DNA of 64,000 bases from Eledone cirrhosa (GCA_964016885.1 OZ024742.1:146630001-146694000), one strand, 5' to 3'. Counted from the stretch's first letter, positions 1 to 14,362 are shown. The notes: generated from the letters alone by a model not told the origin. Numbers and translations: made by a program.

Positions 1-891
1 GGCAGGCGGCCTTCATGTTACCACTGTTCAAGAAGTGGTCACCTGAGGGCTTACTGTCCCCTTTTAAATGACCCCCTCCCCAAAAAGACGCTTCTGCCCA
101 CCCTACACACAACAACACAACCACCACCACCACCACCACCACCACAACAACAACAACAACACGAAAAAATAACAACACAAGACACTGTCCCACTCAACCC
201 CTCCCCACCTAAAACAAATACAAAAGCAACCACAACAAAACCCCAAAATATACCCCTCCCCAACAACACGGACGAGGACCCCTTATCAACGTCACCCAGT
301 GACGACGAGGGAAACCCTTTCAACCTGTAAAAAGAAAGAAAAGAAGGCACCACATTAACAAAAATGCAACAAACACACAACCACCAGCACAAACAGAACA
401 AACATCACAAACAAAAAAACCCACCCCTCCCGAAAACATAACACATACTACAAAACGCAAACACACACAAGAACAATAAACAAAAACAAACACAACACAA
501 CAAAAACAGTATACATACATCAACACAAACAACAAAACATTTGTGCAAACAATAGACAAAGACCCTTCGGTGGAAACCGAAGGGAAAATGTTAACCAACG
601 CGGCGACTAAACCGCATTTAAAAATGATTAGGGTCCCAAGAGACATCTACGCAATGCTCAAATACAACTTTCCCGAGGACGTGGGGAACCCCTGTACTAG
701 ACCTAGCAACCGCTCCCTCTTGAAATGTTTCCCCACCATCACCCCAGACACCCCCCCCCCCACCACCAAACACCCCCACTCCACCACACACTGATGTCCC
801 CACCGCATCCCAAACCACCACCCCACCAAACAACCCCGCCGACAACACCATGGAAATTGTGCAGCCTGGTCCCCAGGAGAAGGACAGGTAG
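1..891 (+). pseudogene. ORF1 (gag-like, zinc knuckle) 3' portion, frameshifted
   Basis: GRRPSCYHCSRSGHLRAYCP, then Pro/Thr/Gln low complexity, then a C-terminal motif (YAMLKYNFPEDVG) shared with ORF1 at 58330-58390; probable stop TAG at 889-891. Confidence 0.7.
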
Positions 892-934
892 GTGTCTTTT
901 CCTTTTTCTCCACTCTAAACTCTTCACCACCAAC

Positions 935-3900
935 ATGGCTGTTATAAGAGTTGGATGTTTAAATGTGCGCGGCCTGGGGATGTCCTGGAAGCAGGGCAAA
1001 CTCTTAAATGACCTCAGGTCGCACAGAATGGATGTGATAGCTATTTCCGAGTCCAGGATCAGCAGCGAGCACCAACTGGCCCCCATCTTCGACGACTTTG
1101 AGATCTATGCATCTCTCTGTCAGCCGGGGGGGGGGGTCGTTCTGCTGCGAAAACACCTGGGCCTCGCAACACGGAAGGTACACCTGGACCGGGAGGGTCG
1201 ATTGGTGGTTCTAGACGTAGGCAGTAGTGAAGGTGGAGCCTTCAGGCTGGTTGCAGCGTATGCTCCTTCTGGGACACCGCGACCGGACTTCTTCCAACGC
1301 CTAGAGACTTTTCTGGGAACGTCTCGCTCCTTGCTTTTAGTGGGGGACTGGAATGGTATCCTGGATGCACGTAGGGACTATGTAGGAGCATGTCCCGATA
1401 GAGGGGGTGTAACAGCCTCAAACGGTTAATCGGCCGATTTGATCTGGCCGATAGATATCGACTAGATTTTCCGACTGTGCCACTGTGGACGTGGACTAAT
1501 CTTAGCGAAACATCTAGGTCGTACCTAGATAGGTTCCTAGTTAGAAATAAGGATAGGGACATATTAAGCTGTCCACGAATGTTCATGGTTGACTATTCGG
1601 ATCACAAGTTGGTCAACATTGATAGAACCCATAGACAAGGACCCGGTTACTGGAAGCTAAACTTGTCCTTACCGACAAACAAAGCTTACAGTAAGCGGAT
1701 TAGCACTCTAGTTAAGCAGCAGTTGACGGGGGCAATTGTCAACAGCAGGTGGTGGGGCTCTCTGAAGAGAGAAATTAGAATAGAATCGATAGGTTTTAGT
1801 CAGGAATTAGCATCAGATAGGAATAGAACTGAAAGGGAATTGATAGATAGAGTAGAAGAGGCGATTAGGAGGGGCAACGTGGTCGGTGTGCTGGCGTCAA
1901 GAACGGCCCTAGACCAGTTCTTTGACGCGAAGCACGAGGGATGTGTTGTCAGGAGTAAAATACGTGCTCTGAGTAACGAGGGAGCCAAAGCTGTTGGCTG
2001 GGCCCGAGTGACAGAGGCAAAAAGTGGAAACAAGTCCACGATTCGGTCTTTGAAGGACCAGGATGGACGTGTGATCCTTGAACCTGAGCGGATGTGCACG
2101 GCCTTTCAACGGCGCTTTGTACGACTGTTCGGGAGGGGCGGCGGGCCGGGTGAGGCCATAGATTTCGGTCCATACCTCGACGGTCTGCCGCGGCTGTCGG
2201 ACGGGGAGGCTACGTCCTGCGAAAGGCCGATTTCAGCCGCTGAAATAGAGGAAGCGCTGAGCCTATGCGGCAAACGCAAATCTCCCGGTCTCGATGGTCT
2301 ACCATACGAACTTTATGTAGCGATGCCGGACTTGTTCTCCGATCTCTTCGAGGCGGTCTACTGCAACTGGCAACAGAACGGGAGAATTCTCAGTTCTGTG
2401 ACCAAGGGCGTAGTCACGCTGGTGAGGAAGGACGAGAACAAGGGGGATGACATAGATAACTTCAGGCCCATAACTGTGCTAAACACAGAGTTAAAGATTT
2501 TGGCCAAGGTGTTAGCGAAGAGGTTGGCGCTTGTCGTCGGGAACCTGGTGGGAGAAGCGCAGACATGCGCAATCCCGTCCAAGTCCATACACGACAACCT
2601 CCACCTCATGCGATACATCGTAGAGAGAGTAGGGAACGAACCTGGCTTTGGTGGGGCCCTGATCAACTTGGATCAATCTAAGGCGTTCGATAGGGTCGAC
2701 CATGATGTCGTACCTGGATGCGCTGCTCGCGGCGGAAGGCTTCGGACCCGTTTTCAGGGGCTGGATTGCTGCAATACACAGCAGCAACACCTGCTAGAGG
2801 GTCAAGGTGAACGGCTACCTCTCGGAGCCGTTCCAAGTCGTGCGATCCATCCGACAGGGATGCCCTCTCTCCTCCCTTCTGTATGTACTGGCTCTCGAGC
2901 CACTACTGCGGAAGTTGGAGCTGTTGCAGGGAATCCCCTTGGAATCGGGATTGCAGAAAGCGGTGTCGGCCTACGCCGATGACGTGACAGTAATGGTGTC
3001 GTGCGTCTCGGAAATCGGGCAGATCGGCACCTTACTGGAGGAATACGAAAGATTTACAGGAGCCAAGCTGAACCGGGACAAGTCCGTCGGTTTGCAACTC
3101 GGAACGTGGAGAGGCAAACCGATGCCCTCCGGCGGCGTCATCGGACGCTGGACGGAGGGACCGGTGAAGCTGCTCGGGGTTTGGTTCGGAGAAGGTGGAG
3201 AAAAACTGGGATGAGATAACGGGCAGGGTGTTTGCACTCGCCCAGAAGTGGGCCGAGTGCAAACTATCCCTGAAAGGTCGAGCGGAGGTGGCGAACACTT
3301 ATATAGCGTCCGTCATCTACTACTGCTTGACCGTCGTGCCTTTCCCAGCGAAAACGCTCGCCAAAATGGAATGCACGCTCTTCCGATTCCTTTGGAAGAA
3401 GCGGGCCCCTTTGGTGAGAAGATCCATCTGCTGTCAACACCCTTCGAATGGAGGGCTGGGGATGCCGTGGCTGACGATGCGTAGACACGAATTAAGGCTA
3501 CGGTACCTCCAGGTATTCCTCACCGGTCAGCCGGTGTGGGCCCCTTTTGTGAGGCGAGCCTTTCCGAGACTCGTCTCACTCACCGAGCTGCAATCCTGGG
3601 TCAAGCAAAGACCGATAAAAGTGGGCGATTGGCACATTGAATGTGCCCAGGCGCTCACGGCCCTCTGGCAAGCGCATCCGGCAATCAGTGGAGACTCAAC
3701 CTCAACATTCTATAGAGGGTTGGTGCGCAGTAAGTGCGACGACGCGCTCGGAGAGGCTCTGGGCATGGAGGAAGACGAGCTAGCCAGTCTTTTCGGAAGG
3801 ACGTTTGGCCCGGGACCGATGGACAACTTCCAAAAGTCCCTGGCTTGGAAGTGCTACCGAGGAGCTCTACCCGTTCAGGACAAGCTCTACAGACACGGGC

Positions 3901-4304
3901 GCCCGGGTAGGGACCCCTCGAAGAAGATATGTCCGAGATGCGTGCGTGATGAGGAAAACGTCGTGCATGCATTCGTACACTGCCCGGGCGTTGCTGACCT
4001 GTGGGGCTATGTGGAATGACTACTGTCGCGGGTGGGACCAATCGGGTTGACCACCGAGTACATTGTCACGATCAAACCGCCTCCCCCCTTCAAAAACGAA
4101 GGAGATGCGGTTTTCCTCTGTGTGATAGCTATGGCGAAAGAGGTTGTATGGTGGACGAGGTTGAAAGGGCTGAGGTCAGACACTTTTCTCTCCAGCCAAC
4201 AACTGGTCCTTTTTTTCAAGTACCATTTTAGAAGAAGGATCAAAATGGAGAGAGAGGTGCACTACCCCAGCAAGTTTTATGAAAGGTGGGTGAAAGTGGC
4301 GTGA
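935..4304 (+). pseudogene. ORF2 AP-endonuclease plus reverse transcriptase, disrupted
   Basis: CLNVRGL, GDWN, YSDH, GYWKLN, KSPGLDG, NFRPITVLN, LDQSKAFDRV, RQGCPLS, YADD and C-terminal CPRC..H...C motifs, split over several frames. Confidence 0.93.
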
Positions 4305-4574
4305 ATGGGCCTTCTCTCTATATCAGCCTGTAGGTGAGAGAGGAGAAGAAGGAGGAGAGGAAGGGAGCACCCGTTCTTTGTGCTCCTGAGGAAGAGGGTT
4401 GCACATTTTTTTCAGGGGTGTGTGCGACCCATGTCAACGCCTCCTCCCTATTGAGGACTTCGATTGTTGAATTTGATTTGTTATATAATTTTACACGTCC
4501 CTTGAAGTGTATGTAAACTCCCCCTCTTGTATTTGTCCCAATCTTTGATGCCCTGGTGGCAAATAAATAGAAAG

Positions 4575-4925
<351 letters not shown>

Positions 4926-4990
4926 CATTTATCTCTCTTGATTTCCTTGTAGCTAACTTGTACATTGTTGCATCTCTTTTCATTTTGAAG

Positions 4991-5069
4991 CACCACAGGC
5001 TGTATGTACACCTTGCTGTATGTACACCTTGCTGTATGTACACCACAGGCTGTATGTACACCTTGCTGT
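4991..5069. repeat. Short 16-17 bp minisatellite (GCTGTATGTACACC core)
   Basis: About 4-5 visible units. Confidence 0.8.
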
Positions 5070-5121
5070 TTATTTGTTATTCAGTCAAAAAGACTCCCTC
5101 TGTCTTATGTTATTATATTTT

Positions 5122-5312
5122 GTTGGATTGGCAGTATCGGTGGAGAGTCGGACGCCATGCTTTCCAGCATAGTTACGTCCCTTTACGATCTGAGTTCAAA
5201 TCCCGCCGAGGTTGACTTTGCCTTTCATCCTTACGGGGTCGATAAAATAAAGTACCAGTAATGCACTGGATAATTGCTGGCCTTGTGCCTAAAGTAGAAA
5301 CAGTTATTATAT
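5122..5312 (+). mobile_element. tRNA-derived SINE, family 1
   Basis: A-box-like TGGCAGTATCGG, B-box-like GAGTTCAAATCC, core GCCTTTCATCCTTACGGGGTCGATAAAATAAAGTACCAG and ATT tail; several copies in the window. Confidence 0.85.
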
Positions 5313-5627
5313 TTTGTTACTTTGTTTGCATTGTTGCAATCCTGTGTGTACTGGTTTGACCGATCCCAACTTTCAAAATACTGAAATCATAATGATTGCG
5401 AGTAGCTGGCTGGCAACAGAGGCTTTTCAGTGTTTCTTTTTTTCTGTTTTATTATTGGTGTGTGTGCTCTTTTTAAGTTATATATGTGTGACACATACAT
5501 GTATATATATATATATACACACATGTATGTATATATATATATATATATATACATGTATATATATATATATATATGTATGTATATATATATATATGTATAA
5601 TATATATATAAACACACACACACACAT

Positions 5628-5667
<40 letters not shown>

Positions 5668-5787
5668 TAAAATAACAGATTAATGTTTATGCAAAGAATC
5701 GCTGCTTTCACCCTTAACGGGATCTTCTAAAACTAACAAAGTCAATCTGTGAATGCAGAAGTGAATATTTCAAAAAACGGTTCTTGA

Positions 5788-5900
5788 TTTGGCTTGATTT
5801 TGGCTTGATTTCTACAGCTGGATGCCCTTTCTAACACCAACCTCATTTACAGTGAGTGCTGGGTGCTTTTTGCCGTGGCACCTCCACGACCAGTTTGCAG
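5788..5900 (-). mobile_element. Fragment of RTE 3'-UTR-related repeat
   Basis: Matches the GGTGTTAGGAAGGGCATCCAGCTGTAGAAA motif of the RTE 3' UTR at about 49890-49922. Confidence 0.7.
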
Positions 5901-5934
5901 TGGAATGATATGGACCCCAGTCCCTATCATCTCA

Positions 5935-6073
5935 TTTCTACAGCTGAGTAAACTGAAGCAATGTGAAATAAAGTGTCTTGCTCAAGGAAACAACACATCA
6001 CCCGGTCTGAGAATTGAACTCACAACCTTTCGATTGCAAGGCCAATGCTCTAACCACTAAGCCATGTGCCTCC
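5935..6073 (-). mobile_element. tRNA-derived SINE, family 2
   Basis: Reverse complement reads GGAGGCACATGGCTTAGTGGTTAGAGC...GAGTTCAATTCTC...CCTTGAGCAAGACACTTTA; same head at 16267. Confidence 0.82.
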
Positions 6074-7676
6074 ATATATATTTATACACATGCTTGTACA
6101 TACATATAAGTCAGAATGATCTTTTTACTTGACACAATGTATATGCTAAATATAATGGATGTAGCAATTATCATAAGCTAGATCTAATTGAGAGTTTATA
6201 TAAAGTCCTTTTTAACAGATTAATGTTTAGATACTCTGAAAGGGAATATTCATTTTATTCATTCTACGAGCTTTCTCTATTTCCTTTCTCATTAAATTCC
6301 TCCCTCCCTCCCTCCTTCATTTCCTTTTTCCACCAGTTCAGCAACCATATCCAACAAGAACATTGGTTGCCTATATACATTCTTCCTATATATCTTTTGC
6401 GTGTGCAAGAGAAGGTACACATACATGTATGTATACATACACAATAGATATGTATGAGTGTGTGCATGCACATGCAAATGTGTGTATCTGTATGTGCAAA
6501 TACACATATTTGCATATATATATCATCATCATGTTCGTTTTAATGTCTGCTTTTCTTGCTAGCAAGGGTTGGATGGTTCCATATAGACCAAATCTGTACT
6601 GAAGCAGAGCTACTGATCTCTCAGGGCCTGTATACTTATGTACGGCTCCATCGAGTGCTCAGGAGAGGTTGTCATGCCTTTGACTGGCAAATCTGTGATA
6701 TATTCACAGAGAAAAATAAAGAAAAATGTTTTTTTTTTCCATTTTGTTTCATTGTCTTCTACTATAGCTTCAGGTTAACCAATGTCTTGTGTGTGAATAT
6801 GGTAGACTAAAATTGTATGAAAGCCCATTATATATATATATGTATATGGTGCCTGTTGACTTATTGCCAAGTATGTCTACCTTTTGCACTCCCTTCCCCC
6901 TCTTTACTATTGATATAATTGTTTCTACTTTTGGCACAAGGCCAGCAATTACCCAGTGCATTACTGGTACTTTATTTTATTGATATAACGCCTTCCTGTC
7001 ATGTGTCAAAGGCTCTAAGGTGGCCTTAAAGGCTAACTGCACACCATCAAAGTCAGTTACAGATCCCATATAGCTAAGTGGCTCCACAATATGAATTTTT
7101 TAATGATAATTTGTATGTAAAGTGATTATATAAATATACATTGACGTGAAGTAATATCTGCAGTGACAAGAGGAGGAAGGACAAGAAAAATTGAGGATTC
7201 AAGCAATTTTACATAGAAATGTTGTAATCAAGGAATTATATTAATTAGTTTTTATTATAAATCCCATCATTTTTGTCAAATAGTATATACATGTATGTTT
7301 GTATGTAATAAAAAATGACAAACACAGAGGTACAAAAACAATTAGTGTTATTAGGTTCACACTTTGGATGAAAGAGAGAAAAGAAATTCAACATATCGGA
7401 TGTTAGTCCTTTGTCAGGAGAGTGCAGTTGTAGATAGATTAGAAAATGAAACCTAGAAGGGAAACATGTGAATGTGTGTGATATTTTTAAGTTTTTGTGT
7501 GTATCAGCATATATATTGGTGGAATGGTCTATACGCTGTTCTTGATGATGTCTAAGTGTGTCTGGCTGTATCAACATTGTATATGTGGGTGGTTTGTCAA
7601 AATAAATTATTAGTAACAAATATGTATCTGTTCATGTGTCTGTTATAAGTAGAAAAGTGGCAGTGACTTTGAAGTC

Positions 7677-7912
7677 TCAGCTTGGTGACTTCAACCTGAC
7701 TGCTATATCACAGCCTCTTCCACACACACTTTTCAATGGTGCACCCTCAGATTTCGAAAACTTTACAGTGGTATGCTTATTCCATAACACTGCAAATTTG
7801 ATTGCCCATTCAGAATGTTCTGGCGTCTCACTGAACACTAAAGACTGGGGATAGGCTCTGATAATCTTTTCCAGATCTGATAATGGGATTTGATCTTTGC
7901 ATTGCAACATAA
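7677..7912 (-). CDS. Candidate terminal exon of an unidentified host gene
   Basis: 77-codon open frame in non-repetitive, GC-richer DNA; weak TTCAG acceptor; product not recognised; the plus strand is also open here. Confidence 0.25.
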
Positions 7913-8396
7913 CTGAACACTTGTTAAATTCATTGTATTTCCACTGATCACAATAACGATTTACAGCTAGTTCTAGTTTGAGAGTTAAGTGTATCGATTA
8001 TAGGCACAACTCATTGTCCTGTAAGGAATATGGACTTTGTATATCTAGGCTGGTGCCTTATTGATTCTTATCAAACACCACTGAACAGTAAATTATATTC
8101 TCTAGACAAATCATATAAAACACCTCCATCAATAATCGTTGCTCTTTCATTTTACAACAGTGGGAAGACAATGAAAAAAGGCATATTTATTATTGAATAA
8201 ATCAAGACTATCGACACATTGTTAATGGTACACAAGGTAAAAGTGTTGAATCTGTAAAACAATATGTAATTACGGGTCTGACATCAAAACAGCGACGATG
8301 TGTTATTTCATTCAGGCAAAAATTGCTTTTCCCTCTTAATTTTCAATGACAGTATTTAAGAACCTGGTCTTACACACATACATATATCTACACACG

Positions 8397-8445
<49 letters not shown>

Positions 8446-9970
8446 TTGTATATATGGAGAATAGCTATTCTTTTAGACATGTTAGATGTGATCGTTTGGG
8501 TTTTAACCTTCTTTTATTAGATTTTATCAAATTCCAATAAAAAAGAAAGAACTACATATAATTCCATACAGTGCAACTACCTATAATAACAGAAGCAGTA
8601 AAAATATGTCAACAATAATGCACACTCTGATGATGGGACTGTGAAAATCTAGACACATTGATTAAAACTTGAATATAGCAGTGTCTTTAACAATACATGC
8701 ATTTACACACATGCAGACACAAATATATATGAACATATATGTGTGTATGTGTGTGTGTGTGTGTGCTTAAGAGTCTTGTACATTTGAATATGTTGCTGAG
8801 TATTGAACTCCTAGATATCCTGTCTATTTCCAGTGAAGAGTGAATATATTATAAATATATCCTCCTCCTCTTCATCATCATCATCATCATCATCATTTAA
8901 CATCTATCTTCCATGCTAGCATGGGTTAAACAGGTTTGTATATATGTAGATGTGATTGTATGTGTATAATTACGTATGTTTATATCTATATTTGTATATA
9001 TGTGTGTGTGTGTGTGTTTATATATATGTATACATATATGTCTTTATTTTTTCCTTCTTATTTTTTATATTTTTTATCAAGTTTATACTTCTCTTTCTAT
9101 GTTTATCATCTATTAATTTTTTCAATAAGTTTTTATAGTAATGTGCTAGAGTGGTTTGACTTTATATTTCTGTAGTTGGACGACATAGATTTTCCATACA
9201 TTATGGCGTCATTTCGAATTTTTTTAAATATAAACATTTTCTTTGGCTGCTGGCTGTCGAATGTTTTGGTGCGGTTATAATAAGGTTTTTAATCTTAAAT
9301 AACTGATTTTGAAAAGTCCCAGTTTGGGTATGAAACGTTCGTAAATCAACATTTAATGTAAAAACGTATTTGGTGTCTGTTTTAATGAGTAATTTGCTTC
9401 TAGTGTAATTATTATTTTTAACACAATAGAATTTTGGATACATGCTTTTTTGGAAAATTCTTTCAAAGTATGAAACATAGTCTTTTGTACTGTTTATTAT
9501 ATTAAATTACTCTATTTTGAGCTGTTTTTAACTTCTCCACCTATGTTTCAAATTTTTTATATTTTTTTTGTAAAATTCGATATCTATTTCATATATACAT
9601 ATATATATATAGTTACAATTTGTTTACAAACCAAAGAATTTATGAGTTCAAGGCATTTAATTACTGACAATTGTTTTTTTCCCACGATGATATGCCATAT
9701 ACAGCAAATAATTTTATTTAACAATTTTCCATTAGTGAGTAAAGATTATGGGTGTAATCAGAGTTTAATTAAAATACCAATACAAGTCACTCAAGAAAAA
9801 ATAGAACATATAATATATATCACTCATCAAAGAATCAAGATAAAGGATTACAGTTACAAATATTGTTAAAAAACCTCGTAGTCATAAAAATATAGTGCCA
9901 GTTGTATTAAAAGTTCATAATCTTCATAAGCCACGATATCTATGTATATGTATATATATATATATAAATG

Positions 9971-10139
9971 ATATTAATAAATGGGAACTATATTTATAAA
10001 ACCATATTTATTCTATTATATATATTTCAAGAGTACCAAAACTTTGGTGCGCTCTCATCAGATAAAATACAAAGTTTGTTTTATAAATATTGACAGATCC
10101 AGGAATGAGACCTTAACGGTTCAAGTTTTACCTGGATAG
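9971..10139 (-). mobile_element. Non-autonomous HHR-bearing PLE-type terminal fragment in (TA)n
   Basis: Homologous to the arms of 14028-14400; flanked by (TA)n. Confidence 0.8.
10009..10069 (-). ncRNA. Minimal type I hammerhead ribozyme motif
   Basis: UAUUUUAU-CUGAUGA-stem II (gag..accaaa/uuuggu..cuc)-GAAA-UAUAUA-UA-AUAGAAUA. Confidence 0.75.
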
Positions 10140-10189
<50 letters not shown>

Positions 10190-10197
<8 letters not shown>

Positions 10198-10695
10198 AGC
10201 AGGTATTGCACCAAGAAAAATATAAACATTGGTGTGAAAGAAGATTAGGAATTTATATAAATAATAAATACCAGGTTCTTTATAAGACAGTATATAGAGG
10301 AAAATACACAAAGAGGTATGTTTCATTCTACACGTTATATGTGGCAAAACATGCTTACAGCATGTCCAGGAGATATAGTTATAAACAAATGATCTGTATA
10401 TGTTAATTTATCCTTTTAATTGATATGTAATTTCCATTCTGTTCATAGATATTATGATATTCACTCTGGTGGTATTTTATCCCTTATAATTGAACACATG
10501 CCTCTTTGTTTATTTTCCTCTATATACTGTCTTATAAAGAGCCCGGTATTTATTCCTTGAGCTCATTAAATTATAGGGGGTTAATGTGAGTCTTTAACTC
10601 CATTTTTTTAATTTGATATAAATAATAAATTCTTAATCGCCTTTCACGCCAATGTTTATATTTTTCTCAGTGCAATACTTGCTTATATTAATATA
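10190..10695. repeat. Older diverged inverted-repeat insertion
   Basis: 10190-10325 is the reverse complement of 10495-10695 with indels; only degenerate HHR-like remnants. Confidence 0.7.
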
Positions 10696-10851
10696 CTCCA
10701 TGATCTCTTCTTGACCTATGTACCATATTCCCCTACTTGGATATTTATGCTATACGATTCAAAGGATATCGTCAAGTTAAACTCTTTGATAAGCAATTTT
10801 CTTGTTTAAGCATTCAATACTGATATACATGAACAAAACCTTATCTACCCT

Positions 10852-10886
<35 letters not shown>

Positions 10887-11269
10887 TCATTTATTAAAGT
10901 GTTTATCACAGAATCATCAGATAATATATATGTATATATATGTTTGCCAGGTGGTGCTATTAAGTTAGACATGGCCTGGGCTAATACTGGCCAAAATCTA
11001 TCAAAGTTATATATGTGTGTGTGTTAGACATAACATTGTTGAGGCAAGAATAACTCAACTTAATGGTGCACTTATTGAAAAGTTCATTGTATTTGTATAT
11101 TCTTAGAAAATGTTACCTAATTACAGAAAATAAGTTCTAAGCTATGTTATCGGAGATGAGTTGATTGAACAAGGATTAGATCATGTTATTTTTCTCTTCC
11201 TAATTCTTTTCAGTGGTATGTGTAAGGCATCCTCCATATGCATATTTTATCATTGAAGACACTTCTTAC

Positions 11270-11770
11270 TACATATATCAATCTTTGATATGTGGTTTCA
11301 ATTGCAGATAGGATATGTAAATGTTTGGCGAGAGAGGCTAGATATAAATGTGCAGATGGGCTTCTTTTTTTGCTTTTCTTTGTAGTGTTGAGTGTGTCTC
11401 TTTGATATCTTTAATCCTCCTCCAGCAGTGAGGATGTTAAAATGTGGGGTTGATAGTGCTGCCATCTATAATTAAAGTAGTCTTTAGCTGATCTTTGAAT
11501 CACATCTTTCATTCCTTTGTTAAGCATCGATCATGGTGCAATTGGATATAGAGAATCTTATGAGTGGGCAAGACATAAATCAGACATGTTTGAACCATTA
11601 AGTTGATGCCTATATAGTGCAGACTCAATGTTGTTGCTGTTGCTTTTATGGAGGATTTCTGAGTGTATAGCCCTATCTTTTTTGAAGACTAAAATGATCT
11701 TCTGGAAACACTTGATGTTAAAGCCCACCAAGTTTTTAATGTCAGCTCTAAGTAATTCATGTCTCATACA
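11270..11770 (-). mobile_element. Highly decayed RTE-clade LINE, 3' coding region
   Basis: Translated fragments IESALYRHQL, ILYIQL and FKDQLK resemble the RTE C-terminus. Confidence 0.55.
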
Positions 11771-12639
11771 TAAAAGTAGATAAGACCTCTATTATCAAAG
11801 CTGGGGTTATTAATGAGAAAAAACCTCTTTCTGTAAGTACTAAGAAAGAAATCAAAATAAAATTCTTCTTGATGAAATACTCTGTGAAATGAGTTCAAAT
11901 CTTGCTGGCATTGACTTCAAATTTTTTCATTGGTATCAATAAAATAAGTATGAGTAATGTGCTGAGTTTATTCTCTTGGCAAGCAGCTTCCAAATAAATA
12001 TGTGGCCCTATACTAATATGACATTGTTGTTTAGCAGACAATCAATCCTGATAAAACAAATCTATGGTGAAAGACTGGACCCCCCCCCCACATCTTTTCT
12101 CTTCAAACCCATCTTTTCTTTTTTCAAGATGGTGGAGGTTCATTTGAGAAAGATTTGTCAACTATTTCTTGCAGCTTTGTGAAAATCAAAATATTCTGAT
12201 GTCGTAATATACACACACATATTCACACCTATACATACACACACACACACACACTTATATGCATATATATATATATGTGTGTGTTTGTGTGTGTGTGTGT
12301 ACACACACACACACACATATATATATATTTATATAAAGAGAGAGAGAGAGAGAGAGATGAATGTTTGTGTGTGTGAGTCTGTGTCTCAGTACGTAACGCT
12401 TTCAGAATATTAAAGTCACTTTAGTGCGTGTCTCAAAGAACAGAAAATAGAAAAGTGGAAAAAAAATACAAGATTGTCTGAAATCTTTAGCGGTCAACAA
12501 GATAACTGACCTCAATCTGAAGAACCCTGGTCACGAAAGTAGTTCCATCACGAAAAATAAGATCTCATTAGAATTTTAAAGACTTATCTGTCTGATTCTA
12601 TAAATCATTTCCTTGAAATCACTTATTAGCAGAACTTAC

Positions 12640-12727
12640 ACCTGCATACAGTATTGGAATTATTTTTAGTTATTGGTGGAATAAGTTCATTTCAATGGAA
12701 CGTTATTCTTGCCTCTTCATCAGAAAA
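12640..12727 (-). CDS. Candidate 88-nt exon with in-frame TGA
   Basis: TTTCAG acceptor and GTAAGT donor; reads FSDEEARITFH*NELIPPITKNNSNTVCR; phase compatible with 7677-7912. Confidence 0.2.
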
Positions 12728-13498
12728 CTGAAATCAATATTGTATTTATTAAAAGGAGAGAGAGAGAGAGATGATGAGTTGGATTCAGCAGCAGATTGCC
12801 AGAATAAAATACTGAATGATAGTAACCTGTTTGATACCAAACTGCTCAGAACTGCTTCTGCTTCCATAAAAACTAAGCTGTTCAAAATTTGATGATGTGA
12901 GACTCCAAAACAAAGAAAATAACTAATATTAGTCAATCTCTATAGATAATAGTTGAGAGAGAGAGAATCACAGCAGTAGTAAGCAGCAGTTGGTATTTTA
13001 AAATTAGACTGTGGCCATTACATTGGCAATATCAAGAAGAACTAATACATAGGACATATAAACAAAGCAGAAATCTTGGAGAAGATGGACACTTGCTTAG
13101 TTCCCACTCATCAACTGTCTTCTGAGATTCATCATAGTTTTGTAAGTTTTAAAGACAAGACTATTCTTCCCAGTGCATCAATAGTATCTAATATATATGT
13201 ATGTGTATATGTATATGTGTGTGTGTGTGTGAGTGTGCATAATTAAGGTATTTGGCTCAAATTGTGAGTTTGATTCCCAGAAACAGATTGTGACTGTGAG
13301 CAAGACATTTTATTTCATGCTGCTCCAGTTCACTGAGCTATCAAAAATGAGTTGTACCTGTTATTCAATGGTCCAGCTTTGTCACACTCTGTAACATGCT
13401 GAATCTTCTTGAGAGCTATGTTAAAAATACACAATTTCATGAGCAGGTTGAATCAACTGGAACACTCATCAATAAAACCAATGGAAGTCTAACACACA

Positions 13499-13595
<97 letters not shown>

Positions 13596-13613
13596 ATATA
13601 TATTATATATATA

Positions 13614-13644
<31 letters not shown>

Positions 13645-13661
13645 AATATATATATATATAA

Positions 13662-13709
<48 letters not shown>

Positions 13710-13721
13710 ATATATATATAT

Positions 13722-13915
13722 GTTTATCCTGGGTTCAATCGGGGGTAACCACAGTAAGTAAGGTACTCAATACATGGAAGAGTATAAATATTTAATATAG
13801 AAGTGTCTTCTACTCGACTAGAACTATTTCATTCGGGAGAAATCATCAGGAAAGCCCTGATGATTTCTCCTGAATGAAACAGTTCTAGTCCTGTAGAAGC
13901 CATTTCTATATTAAT
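13722..13915. mobile_element. Short palindromic HHR element in (TA)n
   Basis: Arms mirror around about 13853; CTGATGA...GAAAC AGTTCTA GTC on the plus strand with a mirrored copy on the minus strand; relatives at 24155 and 47558. Confidence 0.8.
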
Positions 13916-14065
13916 ATATATATATATATATATATGTAAAAGTTCTATTTAAATTGTTGGGATACAACAAGCAAATATTTGTATAACTGATATAAAGCAC
14001 TCAACAAATAATTGGAGTAAATATACGATATTAACAAATGGAAACTATATTTATAAAACCATATT

Positions 14066-14135
14066 TATTTCATTATACATATTTCAAGGACACCAAGTTA
14101 ACTTAAATTATGGTGTGCTTTCATCAGATAAAATA
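14066..14135 (-). ncRNA. Minimal type I hammerhead motif
   Basis: Mirror copy of 14293-14362. Confidence 0.78.
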
Positions 14136-14292
14136 TAATATAGATCAGTTTTATAAATAAATATTGACATACCCTTAAAGAATGCAACCATTACTGTTGG
14201 AAGCTCCCGGATAGTATCCGGGAGCTTCCAACAGTAATGGTTGCATTCTTTAAGGGTATGTCAATATTTATTTATAAAACTGATCTATATTA

Positions 14293-14362
14293 TATTTTAT
14301 CTGATGAAAGCACACCATAATTTAAGTTAACTTGGTGTCCTTGAAATATGTATAATGAAATA
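14293..14362 (+). ncRNA. Minimal type I hammerhead motif
   Basis: UAUUUUAU-CUGAUGA-aag.acacca/uggugu.cuu-GAAA-UAUGUA-UA-AUGAAAUA. Confidence 0.78.

Larger units (their letters stand above)
1..4575 (+). mobile_element. Tx1-type (L1 group) non-LTR retrotransposon, 5' part outside window, decayed
   Basis: ORF1 CCHC knuckle at 1-60 (CYHCSRSGHLRAYC); APE-RT ORF2 fragments; 3' UTR with AATAAA followed by (ATCT)n; homologous to 56363-62207. Confidence 0.92.

Noticed and set aside
5321-5380. 60-nt minus-strand exon (YFESWDRSNQYTQDCNNANK)
   Set aside because: Weak donor (GTAACA) and no homology recognised; expected by chance
7384-7422. Hammerhead on the minus strand
   Set aside because: Both boxes mutated (CUGACAA, GAUA); at most a relic
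8622-8685. Hammerhead at CTGATGA 8627
   Set aside because: No convincing GAAAN..UH with a matching stem I
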